From the NCBI GenBank assembly GCA_964016885.1, contig OZ024749.1:1364001-1428000 (forward strand): DNA of 64,000 bases, read 5' to 3'. A program made the position numbers and the translations under genes. Of this stretch, positions 1-11,581 are shown in pieces; the first letter of the stretch is position 1; the number at the start of each line of letters is the position of its first letter. A model generated the notes under the pieces. The model did no database searches and had not been told where the DNA came from. It saw only the letters and a list, made by a program, of their open reading frames with translations. The stretch is from Eledone cirrhosa (Eukaryota).

Positions 1-345
1 CACACATCTAGGACCACGTATAACACACAAGCAGATAATACATACATCTAGGACCACGTACAACACACCAGCAGGTAATACATACATCTAGGACCACATA
101 CAACACATAAGCAGGTAATACACACATCTAGGGACCACATACAACACACCAGCAGGTAATACATACATCTAGGACCACATACAACACACCAGCAGGTAAT
201 ACACACATCTTGGACCACATACAACACACCAGCAGGTAATACACACATCTAGGACCACATACAACACACAAGTAGGTAATACATACATCTAGGACCACAT
301 ACAACACACCAGTAGGTAATACATACATCTAGGACCACATACAAC
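1..345. repeat. 40-bp minisatellite, ~8.5 copies, runs off window start
   Basis: Unit ~CACACATCTAGGACCACATACAACACACCAGCAGGTAATA in tandem; explains ORFs 48..248 and 128..328. Confidence 0.95.
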
Positions 346-589
346 AAAGGGCAGGTGAAAGGGGTGGACAAGTGAAACTGCTACCAGAGCAACAGATAAC
401 AAAATCGCGAGGAGCACTGGGAAACTTCTCTAATAATTTTTTAAGCAAGCATGCACAGAGTTACCTCGACTGATGCGCTGGAACAGCCAAGCGCCCTCAC
501 GAGTATCACCAGTTACTTCTGTTAGGCGAGCCACAAGTGAAGAACCTCGCAGTCAGTGGCCCGACTCTCTCAAATGTCTCGAGTACCTG

Positions 590-1020
590 AGCATCGTTGT
601 CGTTTAAACGTCCATTTCTACGCTAGCATGGGTTAGATGAGCTGTCCCGTTGTGAGTGCACCAGATCGGGGGAACATGTTTTGTTCCCATAGAACTGATT
701 TGGGCTTGGTTTCTATGGGTGCCCTTCCGAACGCCAACCAAATTTACAGTGTGTACTTGGTGCTTTTTTGTTGTGACTCCTACATGACCACTTTAAAGAA
801 TCGACTGGGTGGTTTTATCGTGTCATCTTCACGATTACGATACAGTGTGGACTGGGTGGTTTTATCGTGACATCTACACGATTACATTATAGTGTGGACT
901 GGGTGGTTTTATCGTGACATCTACACGATTACATTATAGTGTGGACTGGGTGGTTTTAACGTGACATCTACACGATTACATTATAGTGTGGACTGGGTGG
1001 TTTTATCGTGACTCCTATGG
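590..1020 (-). mobile_element. RTE 3'-UTR/tail fragment with an internal 47-bp tandem expansion
   Basis: AAACGTCCATTTCTACGCTAGCATGGGTTAGA is the reverse complement of the RTE tail seen near 6950 and 17210; unit GTGTGGACTGGGTGGTTTTATCGTGACATCTACACGATTACATTATA x~4.5 at 803-1011. Confidence 0.8.
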
Positions 1021-1514
1021 GAGGGAAGGTGGTGTATACTAGATATATATATATAGAGAGATATATATACAGAGAGAGAGAGATGTGCATGTGAAAAAAA
1101 TGATGTATGTATAAAAATTAAATGCCTGAAGATTCATAAGATGTATATATAAAAAATAGATATAAAAAATGAAGTGTAGATGCCTGTATGAAAAAAACCC
1201 TGAACTGGGAGGGGATTTTATTGGGGGCATGCCTTGTTTATATACATTCTGGTTTTGGCATATTTTCCATAGTTGGATACCATTCATATCACTGATCATT
1301 TTACAGTGTACTGGGTGCATTTTATTGCAGTACCAGCATTAAGGAAGTTGTCATATGTTTGTACACAACACAATAGCCCTCTTAACCTTTTCTTTGACAT
1401 GGTCTCTGCAACTGGATATCCTTCCTATCACTAATTACTTTACAGAGTGTACTTGTTGCATTGTATTATGGCACCAGCATTGGGGAAGTTGTCATGTCCC
1501 TAAAAATGTTTTAA

Positions 1515-1718
1515 CCCTTTAGCATTTACATTACTCTATATTTACAATTGTATTTTCACTGTAAAGGCTTTACCTTACATAATATCTCACTATGAAATTT
1601 TGATATTTATTTTGAGAACAATACCTTAACATCAGTATGAGTAACTGGGTACAATCGGTTTGAACAGAAAGAGGTGAGAGAATTCTGGCCATATACAGCC
1701 AGTTTAAATGCTACAGGG
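1515..1718. mobile_element. piggyBac-type MITE
   Basis: TTAA|CCCTTTAGCATTTA ... TAAATGCTACAGGG|TTAA: CCC/GGG terminal inverted repeats flanked by TTAA on both sides. Confidence 0.8.
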
Positions 1719-2068
1719 TTAAATTGAGAAGCCGATATATTAACCACTTAATTACTCCAGCTACGAGTATTCGATTAACGAGAATCATGTGTAAAGACTG
1801 AAGACTTACAGACTTTTTAATGATATTGATGGATTCATTATATTTAATCCACTTTATCAAAGCAGACATATTTCCATTACTGATCACATTTTTGTTTCAA
1901 AGAAATTCATGCACACAATCATGAATATAAACAATCACATAGATGCATATACTTACACATACACACACTCAAATATACACATATAAGTACACAAACATAC
2001 ACATGTATAGAAAGGATTTATACATGTTTGTGAGTATTTGCACACACACATATATATACATATATATA

Positions 2069-4017
2069 TCATCATCATCATCATCATCATTTTACGTCCG
2101 CTCTTCCCTGCTTGCAAGGGTGGGACGGGTCTTATTCAGCACAGCATCTCTCCACTTGTCACGGTCCTTCGTCATCTCCACCGTGAGCTTTAGCGATCTG
2201 AGGTCTGTTCTCACCACCTCCACCCATGTTTTTCGAGGTCTACCTCTACCACGTCTTCCTTCAACTGGCATTTCCTGGCATTTCTTCACCCATCGGTCAT
2301 CCTCCATGCGCATCACATGTCCATACCACCTCAGTCTCCTCTCCCGTACACTACATTCTATCCCTCTCAGACACAGTTTCTCTCTCAACGCATTTATGCT
2401 GGGTCGTTCACGCACATTGACACTGCACATGCAACGGAGCATGCTTGCCTCATTTTTCTCCAGCCGTCGCATATCCTCTGCAGTTGCTGCCCAAGTCTCA
2501 CTACCATGCAACATCGCGCTCCTCACACAGGCATCATATAACCGGCCTTTCGTACGCAGGGAGAAACCCTTCTTCGTCAGCAGAGGAAGCAGCTCCCTAA
2601 ACTTCTTCCAACCCGTCCTTATTCTAGTTACTATGACCTCAGAACACCCACCTCCCATGCTAATCTGATCTCCTGGGTACCGGAAGCTATCCACCACTTC
2701 TATAGCGCCCTCCTGCATTTTAAAAATGTGTCTATCAATGCGACTTCTACTGTCTAATTTCCCTGTACATCTACTGCATACATAATTCTCCCTACCTGTT
2801 AGTTTTCCTGCTATCTCGCTACATCTCTTGTGTACCCAGGATCTGCATTGTGTGCATTTTATAGAATTTATGCCAGTTCTTTTTCTGCATATCGAACATG
2901 GCCATTTCCCTGACGGAATCAGAGTTTTGTCCTCTTTTCTACTCATCAACACTTTTGTCTCAGCTAGGTTCACTCTCAGTCCTCTTGCTTCCAACTGCTG
3001 TTTCCATAGCCAGAATTTATTCTCTAGCTCCTCTACTGATTCTGCTATAAGAACCAGATCGTCAGCATAGAGAAGTTCCCATGGACAGCCAGTCTTAAAC
3101 TCCTCTGTTATGGCTTGGAGGACTATAATGAACAAGAGCGGGCTGAGGACCGAACCTTGATGTACTCCTACTTGTATCTGGAATTCCTCACTAAACTCCA
3201 TTCCTACCCTGACTTTACTGACAGTACCTCTGTACAAAGTTTGCACTGTCCTCACAAGCCATTCCTCAACACCTAGTTTCGTTAGGGACCACCAGATGAC
3301 AGATCGGGGTACCCTATCAAAGGCATTCTCTAGGTCAACAGAGGCTAAGTGTAGTGGCTTATTTTTCTCTAAGAACCTCTCTTGCAATTGTCTCACCAAG
3401 AAGAGGGCATCTGTTGTACTCTTCCCAGGCACAAAACCAAACTGCATCTCATCTAGTTTGACCCTTTCTCTAATTAGTTGTGCTAATATCCTTTCTGCCA
3501 CTTTCATAACCTGATCCATCAGTTTTATACCCCTATAATTGCTCCTCTCCAGAGCATCCCCTTTACCTTTGTAGAAATTTATGAGAATACTGCTGCACCA
3601 GTCTTTGGGTATGACACCACCATATATAGCCTGATTGATGATACGTGCAACCAGCTTAGTGCCTACGTCTCCTGATGCCTTTAGCATCACAGCAACTATT
3701 CCCGATGGTCCAGCAGCCTTACCATTTTTCATTTCCTTAATCGCCTATTGGACCCTATATTCGTCAATCTCAATAGCTGGTCCCTCTGACGGATATACTG
3801 AGGGTAATTTCTCTCTCTCCCATTCATTCTCCACATTCATCAGTCTCTCATAATGACATTTCCAGGCCTCCTTTTTCTGATCATTCGTGACACTAAGTAC
3901 ACCGGCATCGTTCCGGACTCATTTATCTCCAACAACATCCTGATTTGCATTGACACACTGCCTTGCAATGTGGAACACCGCACGCCTCTGATCTTCCCGT
4001 CGCAGAATGTTGGCAAA
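2069..4017 (-). mobile_element. RTE-clade LINE family A, 5'-truncated (RT, Cys-rich finger, (GAT)n tail)
   Basis: ORF 2092..3732 has QFGFVPGKSTTDA, DLENAFDRVP, QGSVLSPLLF, LLYADD and RRLRWYGHV; ends in (ATG)n; closely similar to 29138-31128. Confidence 0.95.
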
Positions 4018-4235
4018 TTTCGGCGTCAAAGGAACTCCTCCCATTGGTCAGTTGTGAGAACATTCCTCAGTCAAAAGTCTATAGAAATTTTTCTGAGGCA
4101 AGGAAATCTGTTGTGGTTGTTTTTGTTAAGTAAAGCTGACCTCCTCCCTTGTATTGGTGTTAGGGGGTCAGGGGATCAGTAGGTAGGTCAGCTTTAGTTC
4201 GGCTGCTGCTATGTTTAGAAGAATGTGTGTGTGTG
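4018..4235 (-). repeat. Fragment of CCAAT-containing repeat family (HHR-associated elsewhere)
   Basis: CATTGGTCAGTTGTGAGAACATTCCTCAGTCAAAAGTCTATAGAAATT is the reverse complement of 16301-16348. Confidence 0.75.
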
Positions 4236-4880
4236 GGTTACTAGTTTGACTCCTACTTCTCCTGATGCTTTTAACATCTCAGCAACTATTTCTGATCATC
4301 CCACAGCTTTACTGTTCTTCATCTCCTTGATTGCGTCTTTGACCCTAAAACTGTCAATTTAAATAGCTGGCCCTTCTGTTGGGTGGGTTGGGGGGTAATT
4401 TCTCTTCTTCCAATTCATTTTCTACATTCATCAGTCTCTCATAGTAACATTTCCAGGCCTCTTTCTTCTGGGCATCAGTGGGTGCTAAGTACACCAGCGT
4501 CATTTCTAACACATTTTCCCCCAACAATATCTCGATCCACACTAACACACTGCCTTGCAATACAGAATACTTCACGTCTCTCATCCTCATATCTCAAGAC
4601 ATTGACAAATTTACTTTCTTCAGTCTCTCTCTGAGCTGTGGATACCTGTCACCTATCTTCTTAGCTACTTGGTACCAGTCTCTGCTGCCCCCATTTTCCC
4701 AGTCTTTTTCTCTACTGAGCTGTTCCACCACCAGGTCACCCTCACTCTTTTTTCAAGGCTGCAACATGTATGTATGGACTTGCAACTCCTGATGGTGTCA
4801 TAGGAGCTCTGTAGTCTTGGGTATTTTAAACCTAGGGGAGACCATTCCCTCTACAGGTCTGAACATAGCGTATTTCTTCC
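4236..4880 (-). pseudogene. Degenerate RTE ORF fragment
   Basis: ORF 4354..4590 KKEAWKCYYERLMNVENE matches the linker region of the other RTE copies. Confidence 0.75.
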
Positions 4881-4905
4881 AGAGAGAGAAAGATATAGAT
4901 ATATA

Positions 4906-5682
4906 CTAGCAGAATGGCCCGGCGTTGCTCGGGATTCTAAACACAGATTGGCATGTTTACCCCTCCTTTCTGAAACAGTTTCGTCGTATGTTCACCAATT
5001 GATGCAGAAGTCCTAAAAAGTGAAGTTGCCTTGGGTGAATAGGCAAATAATTTTCCATTAAGATTTTTCAAAAGCCTGTAATTGCATTCCCTCTTTTTGT
5101 TGTTGTTGATTTTGCTGCTGTCGAGCCTCGTGAAATAAATATGTTTGTTTATATGTTGTTATTGTGTATGCAAAAATATCTGTACACGAATATATAATTA
5201 TATATATATTGAAGTAACAGATTAAAGTTTAAGCAAAGAATCGCTGCTTTCACCCTTAACGGGATCTTCTGAAACTAAAAAAATCAATCTGTGAACGCAG
5301 AAGTAAATATTTCGAAAAACGTTACACACTATATATATATATATATATATACACACTATATATACATACATACACACACACACGCGCGCACATACAGCGT
5401 CATAATGTCGTAATGCAGACAGCCAGACATACAAACAGATATTATAAGGGCGCGACGTTATAACTATGTATCTATCTAAAAAGACAGACTAAAGAAAAGA
5501 AAGAGAGATCGCTAAATCGCCTAATGCAGTTCCTAGGGCATTAAACATTTGAAATATCTTTTGCTCAAAACACTCACACGACCATAAGTATTACATATGT
5601 AAAGTTTGAAAAAAATCGTTTCAGTGGTTCTCGAGTTTTAGGGAGTCAGACAGACAGACAGACATTCTCTGTTTTAGATATA
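4906..5682 (-). mobile_element. Non-autonomous Helitron-like element
   Basis: Minus strand ends CCCGAGCAACGCCGGG (hairpin)-CCATTCTG-CTAG|T; 5' end ATATATCTAAAACAGAGAATGTCTGTCTG with a (CTGT)n tract. Confidence 0.65.
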
Positions 5683-5907
5683 TCTATCCATATATCTAAA
5701 ACAGAGAATGTCTGTCTGTCTCTATATATATATATATATATAAAAAAAAAAATTTTATTTCGCTCTAAATGGCTGAATGCAATAAATGTAATCTGAGTTT
5801 TTCGAATATTAATAATAACATTCAATTCGTTTGCAATTATGCAAACAAGCCTCATTTTTAAAGCCATATCAGTAGAATGAACCCTTCATTCTTCCGCATG
5901 TAAACAT

Positions 5908-5955
5908 AACTGCAGACACTAATGTTTCTGGGTATCACCCTTCATCAGTACAGCT
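5908..5955 (-). ncRNA. Type-I hammerhead ribozyme motif, intact core
   Basis: AGCTGTA-CTGATGA-A GGGT GAT ACCC A-GAAA-CA TTAG TG-TC^TGCAGTT: stems I, II and III all pair; GUC cleavage triplet. Confidence 0.8.
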
Positions 5956-5963
5956 CGCACAGT

Positions 5964-6062
5964 GACTGATCGGCCTGATTTGCATATTAGCAGATCCATT
6001 GATCAGCCAGATTTGCATATTAGCAGATCCACTGATCAGCCAGATTTGCATATCAGCAGACT
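5964..6062. repeat. ~35-bp tandem repeat x3, each with the octamer ATTTGCAT
   Basis: Unit TGATCAGCCAGATTTGCATATTAGCAGATCCA. Confidence 0.85.
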
Positions 6063-6125
6063 GGCCAGTAAGTTTCCTGTATACGAGCGATAAATGGCCA
6101 GCTTTGCCAAATTCAAATAAAAAAA

Positions 6126-6159
<34 letters not shown>

Positions 6160-6161
6160 GA

Positions 6162-7008
6162 AATGACTCTAAAAATGAAAGGCAGATTGTATGATGCCTG
6201 CATACGAACAGCAATGTTATATGGCAGTGAGACTTGGGCATTGTGTGCAGAGGATCTGCGCAGATTGGAGAGGAACGAAGCATGCATGCTCCGCTGGATG
6301 TGTAATAATAATATACGTGAACAGCAAAGCATAAATGAACTAAGTGAGAAATTAGGTATAAAAGGGATCAGATGCTGTTTACTTGAGAGAAGACTACGTT
6401 GGTATGGTCACGTGATGCGCATGAAAGACGACAGCTGTATAAAAAAGTGCAGGGCGATCAAAATTGATGGTAGTTACGGAGTAGGCAGAACCAGAAAAAC
6501 CTGGGACGATTTGATAAATTCCGACTTCACACACTTACACCTCTCCAAGACAATGTCACTGGACCGAGATCTTTGGCACTACACAGTCATACAGAAGACG
6601 CGCCTTGCCTAAGTACAAAGCGAAACCTACAGTCAGTAGGCACATCTTAACCAAATATACACCCCCAACTCCCCCACCCCACCCCCATCAACACCACCCC
6701 TTTCTCTGTAAAGCTATGTTGGTACCACAACATCCAGTCCTAAATAAATGAGGTGGTGTAGGTGTCACGACAAAAAAGAACACCCAGTCCACGCTGTAAT
6801 GTGGCCGTGTAGGTAACACGGTAAAAACCTCCCAGTTCCACACTGTAAACGTGGTTGGTGTTAGGAAGGGCATCCAGCCGTAGAAAACCTGCCAGACAGT
6901 CCTATACGAGCAAGACAACCAATCTTGCCTCACGTGGGACAATTCCCGTCTAAACCCATGCTAGCGTGGAATATGGACGTTAAACGTTGATGATGATGAT
7001 GATGATGA
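6162..7008 (+). mobile_element. RTE family B-like 3' fragment
   Basis: ORF 6163..6612 (KGRLYDACIRTAMLYGSETW...RRLRWYGHV), then 3' UTR, terminal hairpin and (GAT)n tail. Confidence 0.9.
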
Positions 7009-7255
7009 TATCAACTCCAGTATTGGACTGGTACTTTTTTTATTAACGTCAAAAGGATGAAAGTGAAAGTTGAGCTGAACATGACCACAACTGGTTGAAA
7101 CCAGTAAAAGAGTTAAAACAATCTATAAGGTTCCATTGTGAGATATATCAGCTTTCTGTAGAGATTAATCATGATATATTATACTGGTTATTGATTGACA
7201 TTAATGTTGGCTGGAATAGCAGCAGTTGGCTTCCAATTGACCAACTTATGGAAAA

Positions 7256-7497
7256 TACTACTCAACTACTACTACTACTACTACTACAACTACTACTACT
7301 ACTACAACTACTACTACTACTACAACTACTACTACTACTACTGCTACTACTACAACTACTACTACAACTACTACTACAACTACTACTACTACTACAACTA
7401 CTACTACAACTACTACAACTACTACTACTACTACTACAACAACTACTACTACTACCACCACCACTACCACTACTATCACCACCACTACTACTACTTC
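7256..7497. repeat. (CTA/CAA)n trinucleotide microsatellite
   Basis: Direct read; source of the poly-Y/L/V/S ORFs. Confidence 0.95.
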
Positions 7498-7504
7498 TAA
7501 TAAT

Positions 7505-7681
7505 AATTGTTTCTACTTTTGGCACAAGGCGAGTAATTACCCAGTGTATTACTGGTACTTTATTTTATCGACCTTGTAAGGATGAAAGGCAAAGTTAACC
7601 TCGGCGGGATTTGAACTCAGATCGTAAAGGGACGTAACTATGCTGGAAAGCATGTCCGACCCTCTACCGATACTGCCAATT
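7505..7681 (-). mobile_element. tRNA-derived SINE family 1, with a partial copy at 7703-7796
   Basis: Reverse complement of the 8177 copy; flanking direct repeat ACTTCTAATAATAAT. Confidence 0.85.
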
Positions 7682-8176
7682 CACTTCTAATAATAATAAT
7701 AATAATTGTTTCTAGTTTTGGCACAAGGCCAGCAATTAACCAGTGTATTACTGGTACTTTATTTTATCGACCCCATAAGGATGAAAGGTAAAGTTAAAAT
7801 AATGGTTTCTTTATTAAACACACCATTTACATTAAGAAAAAATATCAAGGATGGCACAAGACAAACACTGAGTGTGTGTGTATGTGTGTGTAGGAGTTTT
7901 ATGTTAAAGTGAGTTTAATAATGGTAAAAGACAAGCGGGTAACAACAAAATTTTAACAATGACTATTCCACAGAAAAGGGAGGAACTTGGCAAAATATTC
8001 CTCCAACTTCAATAGGAGTGTGTTTATTTAGAAATGTAGAGGACATAAATAAACAGCTGGCAAGATTTTATTGATAAAATACTAAAACACAGCTAAGAAG
8101 GCTGCAGCATGGCGACCATTTCTTTATTAAAATTAACCATTCTCTTTTAACATATATTATCATTTTTACGCCCACC

Positions 8177-8360
8177 GGTGGATTGGCAGTATCGGTAGAG
8201 GGTCGGACGCCATGCTTTCCAGCATAGTTACATCCCTTTACGATCTGAGTTCAAATCCCACCGAGGTTGACTTTGCCTTTCATCCTTACGGGGTCGATAA
8301 AATAAAGTACCAGTAATGCACTGAGTAATTGCTGGCCTTGTGCCTAAAGTAGAAACAATG
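8177..8360 (+). mobile_element. tRNA-derived SINE family 1 with 18-bp TSD
   Basis: A-box-like TGGCAGTATCGG, B-box GAGTTCAAATCC, core CTTTGCCTTTCATCCTTACGGGGTCGATAAAATAAAGTACCAG; TSD ATCATTTTTACGCCCACC at 8159-8176 and 8361-8378. Confidence 0.92.
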
Positions 8361-8478
8361 ATCATTTTTACGCCCACCAAATACATACATTTATATATAT
8401 ATAAATGTATATATATACATGTTATACATATCTATATACCAAAGTGTGATTTGGCTTAAATTTAACATTATATATATA

Positions 8479-8710
8479 TAGAAGTGGTTACACAACAGTT
8501 AGTTCACCATACCGAGAACAATTGTTTCACCTTAACGGATCCTCAGCTCGTAATGGCATGTATAACCATACCCATTATGAGCTGAGGATCCGCTAAGGTG
8601 AAACAATTGTTCTCGGTATGGTGAACTAACTGTTGTGTAACCACTTCTACCTAACTCGTCCCATGGACTGAGTGCTCTACCACTACAGATATTACCTTCC
8701 AGTGTTCTAC

Positions 8711-8713
<3 letters not shown>
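8479..8713 (+). mobile_element. Fold-back PLE terminal-repeat fragment with two inverted hammerhead motifs
   Basis: Arms 8479-8556 and 8572-8649; HHR GAG-CTGAGGA-TCCGCTAAGGT-GAAA-C AATT G-TT^CTCGG; flanked by (TA)n; second copy at 15556-15725. Confidence 0.8.
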
Positions 8714-8749
<36 letters not shown>

Positions 8750-8992
8750 GAGGAATTTAGATCGATACAATGCTAAAGGCATGTACGAACAGCATCCAAC
8801 TGTAAAAGATCTATAACTTACAAGAAAAAGCAGTCAAATCACCCTCTGCAAACATCAAATCATATTCTTCTATCCCGTAAAAATAGTAGACAGACACATT
8901 GTATATTGTAGTCTTAGATACATTATACATGAATAAACCAAAGAGTGTTTGGTCATCACCACAAGCTTTTGTTATCTGGTCCATTAAGTAAA

Positions 8993-9681
8993 CTAGCAGA
9001 AAAACCACCCTTTGGGTGGTTTTCTGCTAGCATGTGTAGTGTGCATATTGACATTATACACAAGTATATATGCATGTAGATATAATACATCAAATAAAAT
9101 CGTAATTGACAATATCCACAGAAATTGAACAAAGACTGCGTTACACAGTCTTATTTAATCAGTAATGTAATCCATGATACATTAAAAAAAGACGATATTA
9201 TATATAAACTGCATTAGGAGAAAATTAGTGACGGAAATATATAAATGTTTATTTAAGAGATCGCTAACCGGAAGTGTTGACATTTGAAAATTTTCAAGAA
9301 GTGAATCTTAAAATAAACAACAAAATTATTTATATTTAATCAAGAATAACGAAATGTAGTAGATAAATTATGTAATATTCATTTATTATTTATTCAAAAG
9401 GGCGGTGGATTGTCAGTATCGGTAGAGGGTCGGACACCATGCTTTCCAGCATAGTTACGTCCCTTTACGATCCGAGTTCAAATCCCGCCGAGGTTAACTT
9501 TGCCTTTCATCCTTACGGGGTCGATAAAATAAAGTACCAGTAATACACTGGTTAATTGCTGGCCTTGTGCCAAAAATAGAAACAATTATTTATTCAAAGT
9601 AATCCAATTTATTTTACAAACGCGATAAAAAAAATATATTCTGGACTCAGTCCCGCACTACTTATTTTATTATAGTTTAGA
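8993..9681 (-). mobile_element. Non-autonomous Helitron-like element containing a SINE insertion
   Basis: Minus strand A|TCTAAACTATAATAAA ... CTAG|T; terminal palindrome CTAGCAGAAAAACCACCC TTT GGGTGGTTTTCTGCTAG; diverged copy at 10254-10805. Confidence 0.7.
9400..9586 (+). mobile_element. SINE family 1 with TSD TTATTTATTCAAA
   Basis: Full-length copy; the paralogous Helitron-like copy shows the empty site near 10757. Confidence 0.9.
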
Positions 9682-10253
9682 TTTTAATGTTTTATAGAAG
9701 TAGTCAAGCAACACACATCATGCCAGTCCAAAGTTTATCGTGTTTCTCTCTCCACATTTTTTCTACCGGAGAACTATTTGACAAGTATTCAGGGGAGACA
9801 ACTACCTTGACCCTAATTGTCACTATAACAAGTTTTTGATCATTTGCTCAATCACAGCTGATGTGGAGAAAGGGTCATATTAACACACTGACCAGTCCCT
9901 AGGCTTTCATGTATTTTGAGCCACTCTTTCACACTTCAATCTACATTCAAAAGAATCTGACAGGTCTCTAGTCCTGGTGGGGCTTTTAGGCTTTATCCAA
10001 GTCAGCCATATGAGTAATAGAGCTTGCCTGGAGATAACAGGAATCTTGGTAAACTAAGAGTTCTGTTTCTAGACCTATTACACCAAGAAATGTTTGCAGT
10101 GGATGTGATCTTCAGATCTATGAAACCATTGATCCAAAACTTTATCATCAAATATTTCATGGCTAAGGGAAAGAAGTCAGTCAATAATGGTTAAAATGAT
10201 GACTGTTGTGATGCTGATGAATATGGCAATGATGATCATCATCATTATCATGA

Positions 10254-10805
10254 CTAGCAGAAAACCACCCTTCAGGTGATTTTCTGCTAGTATGTGTGGT
10301 GTGTATATTGATATTATACGCAGATATATATGCTTGTAGATATGATACATCGAATGAAAAGTAAATTGAGAATATACACAGAAATTGAACGAAGACTGTG
10401 TTACACTGTCTTATGTAATCAGTAACGTAATCCATGATACATTTAAAAAAGACAATATTATATATAAACTGCATTACAGCGAAATGTTATGGAAACAGAA
10501 AAGGAGAAAATGAGTTTAGTGAAGGAAATATAAAAGTTATGATATCACGATGCAAATATATTAACATTTATATAAGAGATGTGATATAGTGTACGCCAAA
10601 GTGTTATGCTATAACGGACGTTAACGGAAGTGTTGACATTTGAAAATGTTAAAAGAAGTGAATCTTAAAATAAGCAATACATTTTATATATAAGATTATT
10701 TATGTCTAATCAAGAGCTACAAAATTTAGCAGATAAATTATATAATATTCATTCATGATTTATTCAAAATAATCCAACTTATTTTAATAACATGATGAAA
10801 AAATA
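10254..10805 (-). mobile_element. Second copy of the 8993 Helitron-like element
   Basis: Colinear with 8993-9640, including the terminal palindrome. Confidence 0.7.
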
Positions 10806-11090
10806 TAAAGAGGACATAGTGTCACAGTTCTCCAATCATTATCATCCTTACGGGGTCGATAAAATAAAGTACCAGTAATGCACTGGGTAATTGCTGGCCT
10901 TGTGCCTAAAGTAGAAACAATTATATATTAGATATTGACGATGATCACAACGATGAACACAATGATGATGATGATTATGGTAGCTAATAATCTCTATTTT
11001 GAAAAGCATTTTTAACTGGTAAATAGATTTAATTTCCCTCTTTGCTACAAAAGTATCCATTCCTTCTGTGTGTATGTATGTATGCATATA

Positions 11091-11368
11091 TCTATATACT
11101 ACTAAAACTCTGTGATTACTTGCTTGTCTGTAACGTAATACAGTCAAATAATGGAAAAATACTTTGAAAGGAAGTTGACCCTGAAATGGGAATAGAAATG
11201 GAATAAAACTAGTTTCGCGTAAATCGGAGCATGGGTTCCCAAGATACAGGGTTTTTCTGGGTACCTTCATAAACAGAGAGAGAGAGAAAGAGATAGTGGT
11301 TGTGAGAGAGTAGATTGAAAGAGAGACATAGAGAGAGGGAGAGGAGAGAGAGAGAGATGGTGGTGTTG

Positions 11369-11406
<38 letters not shown>

Positions 11407-11491
11407 ATGTATATGTGTGTGTGTCTATGACCAGTGTATATAGATCACAGACACCCACATACATATTTATATGTATACACACACATACACA

Positions 11492-11581
<90 letters not shown>

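Noticed and set aside
9690-10185. Unique-looking segment as coding exon
   Set aside because: Stops in the frames I translated and no recognisable motif.
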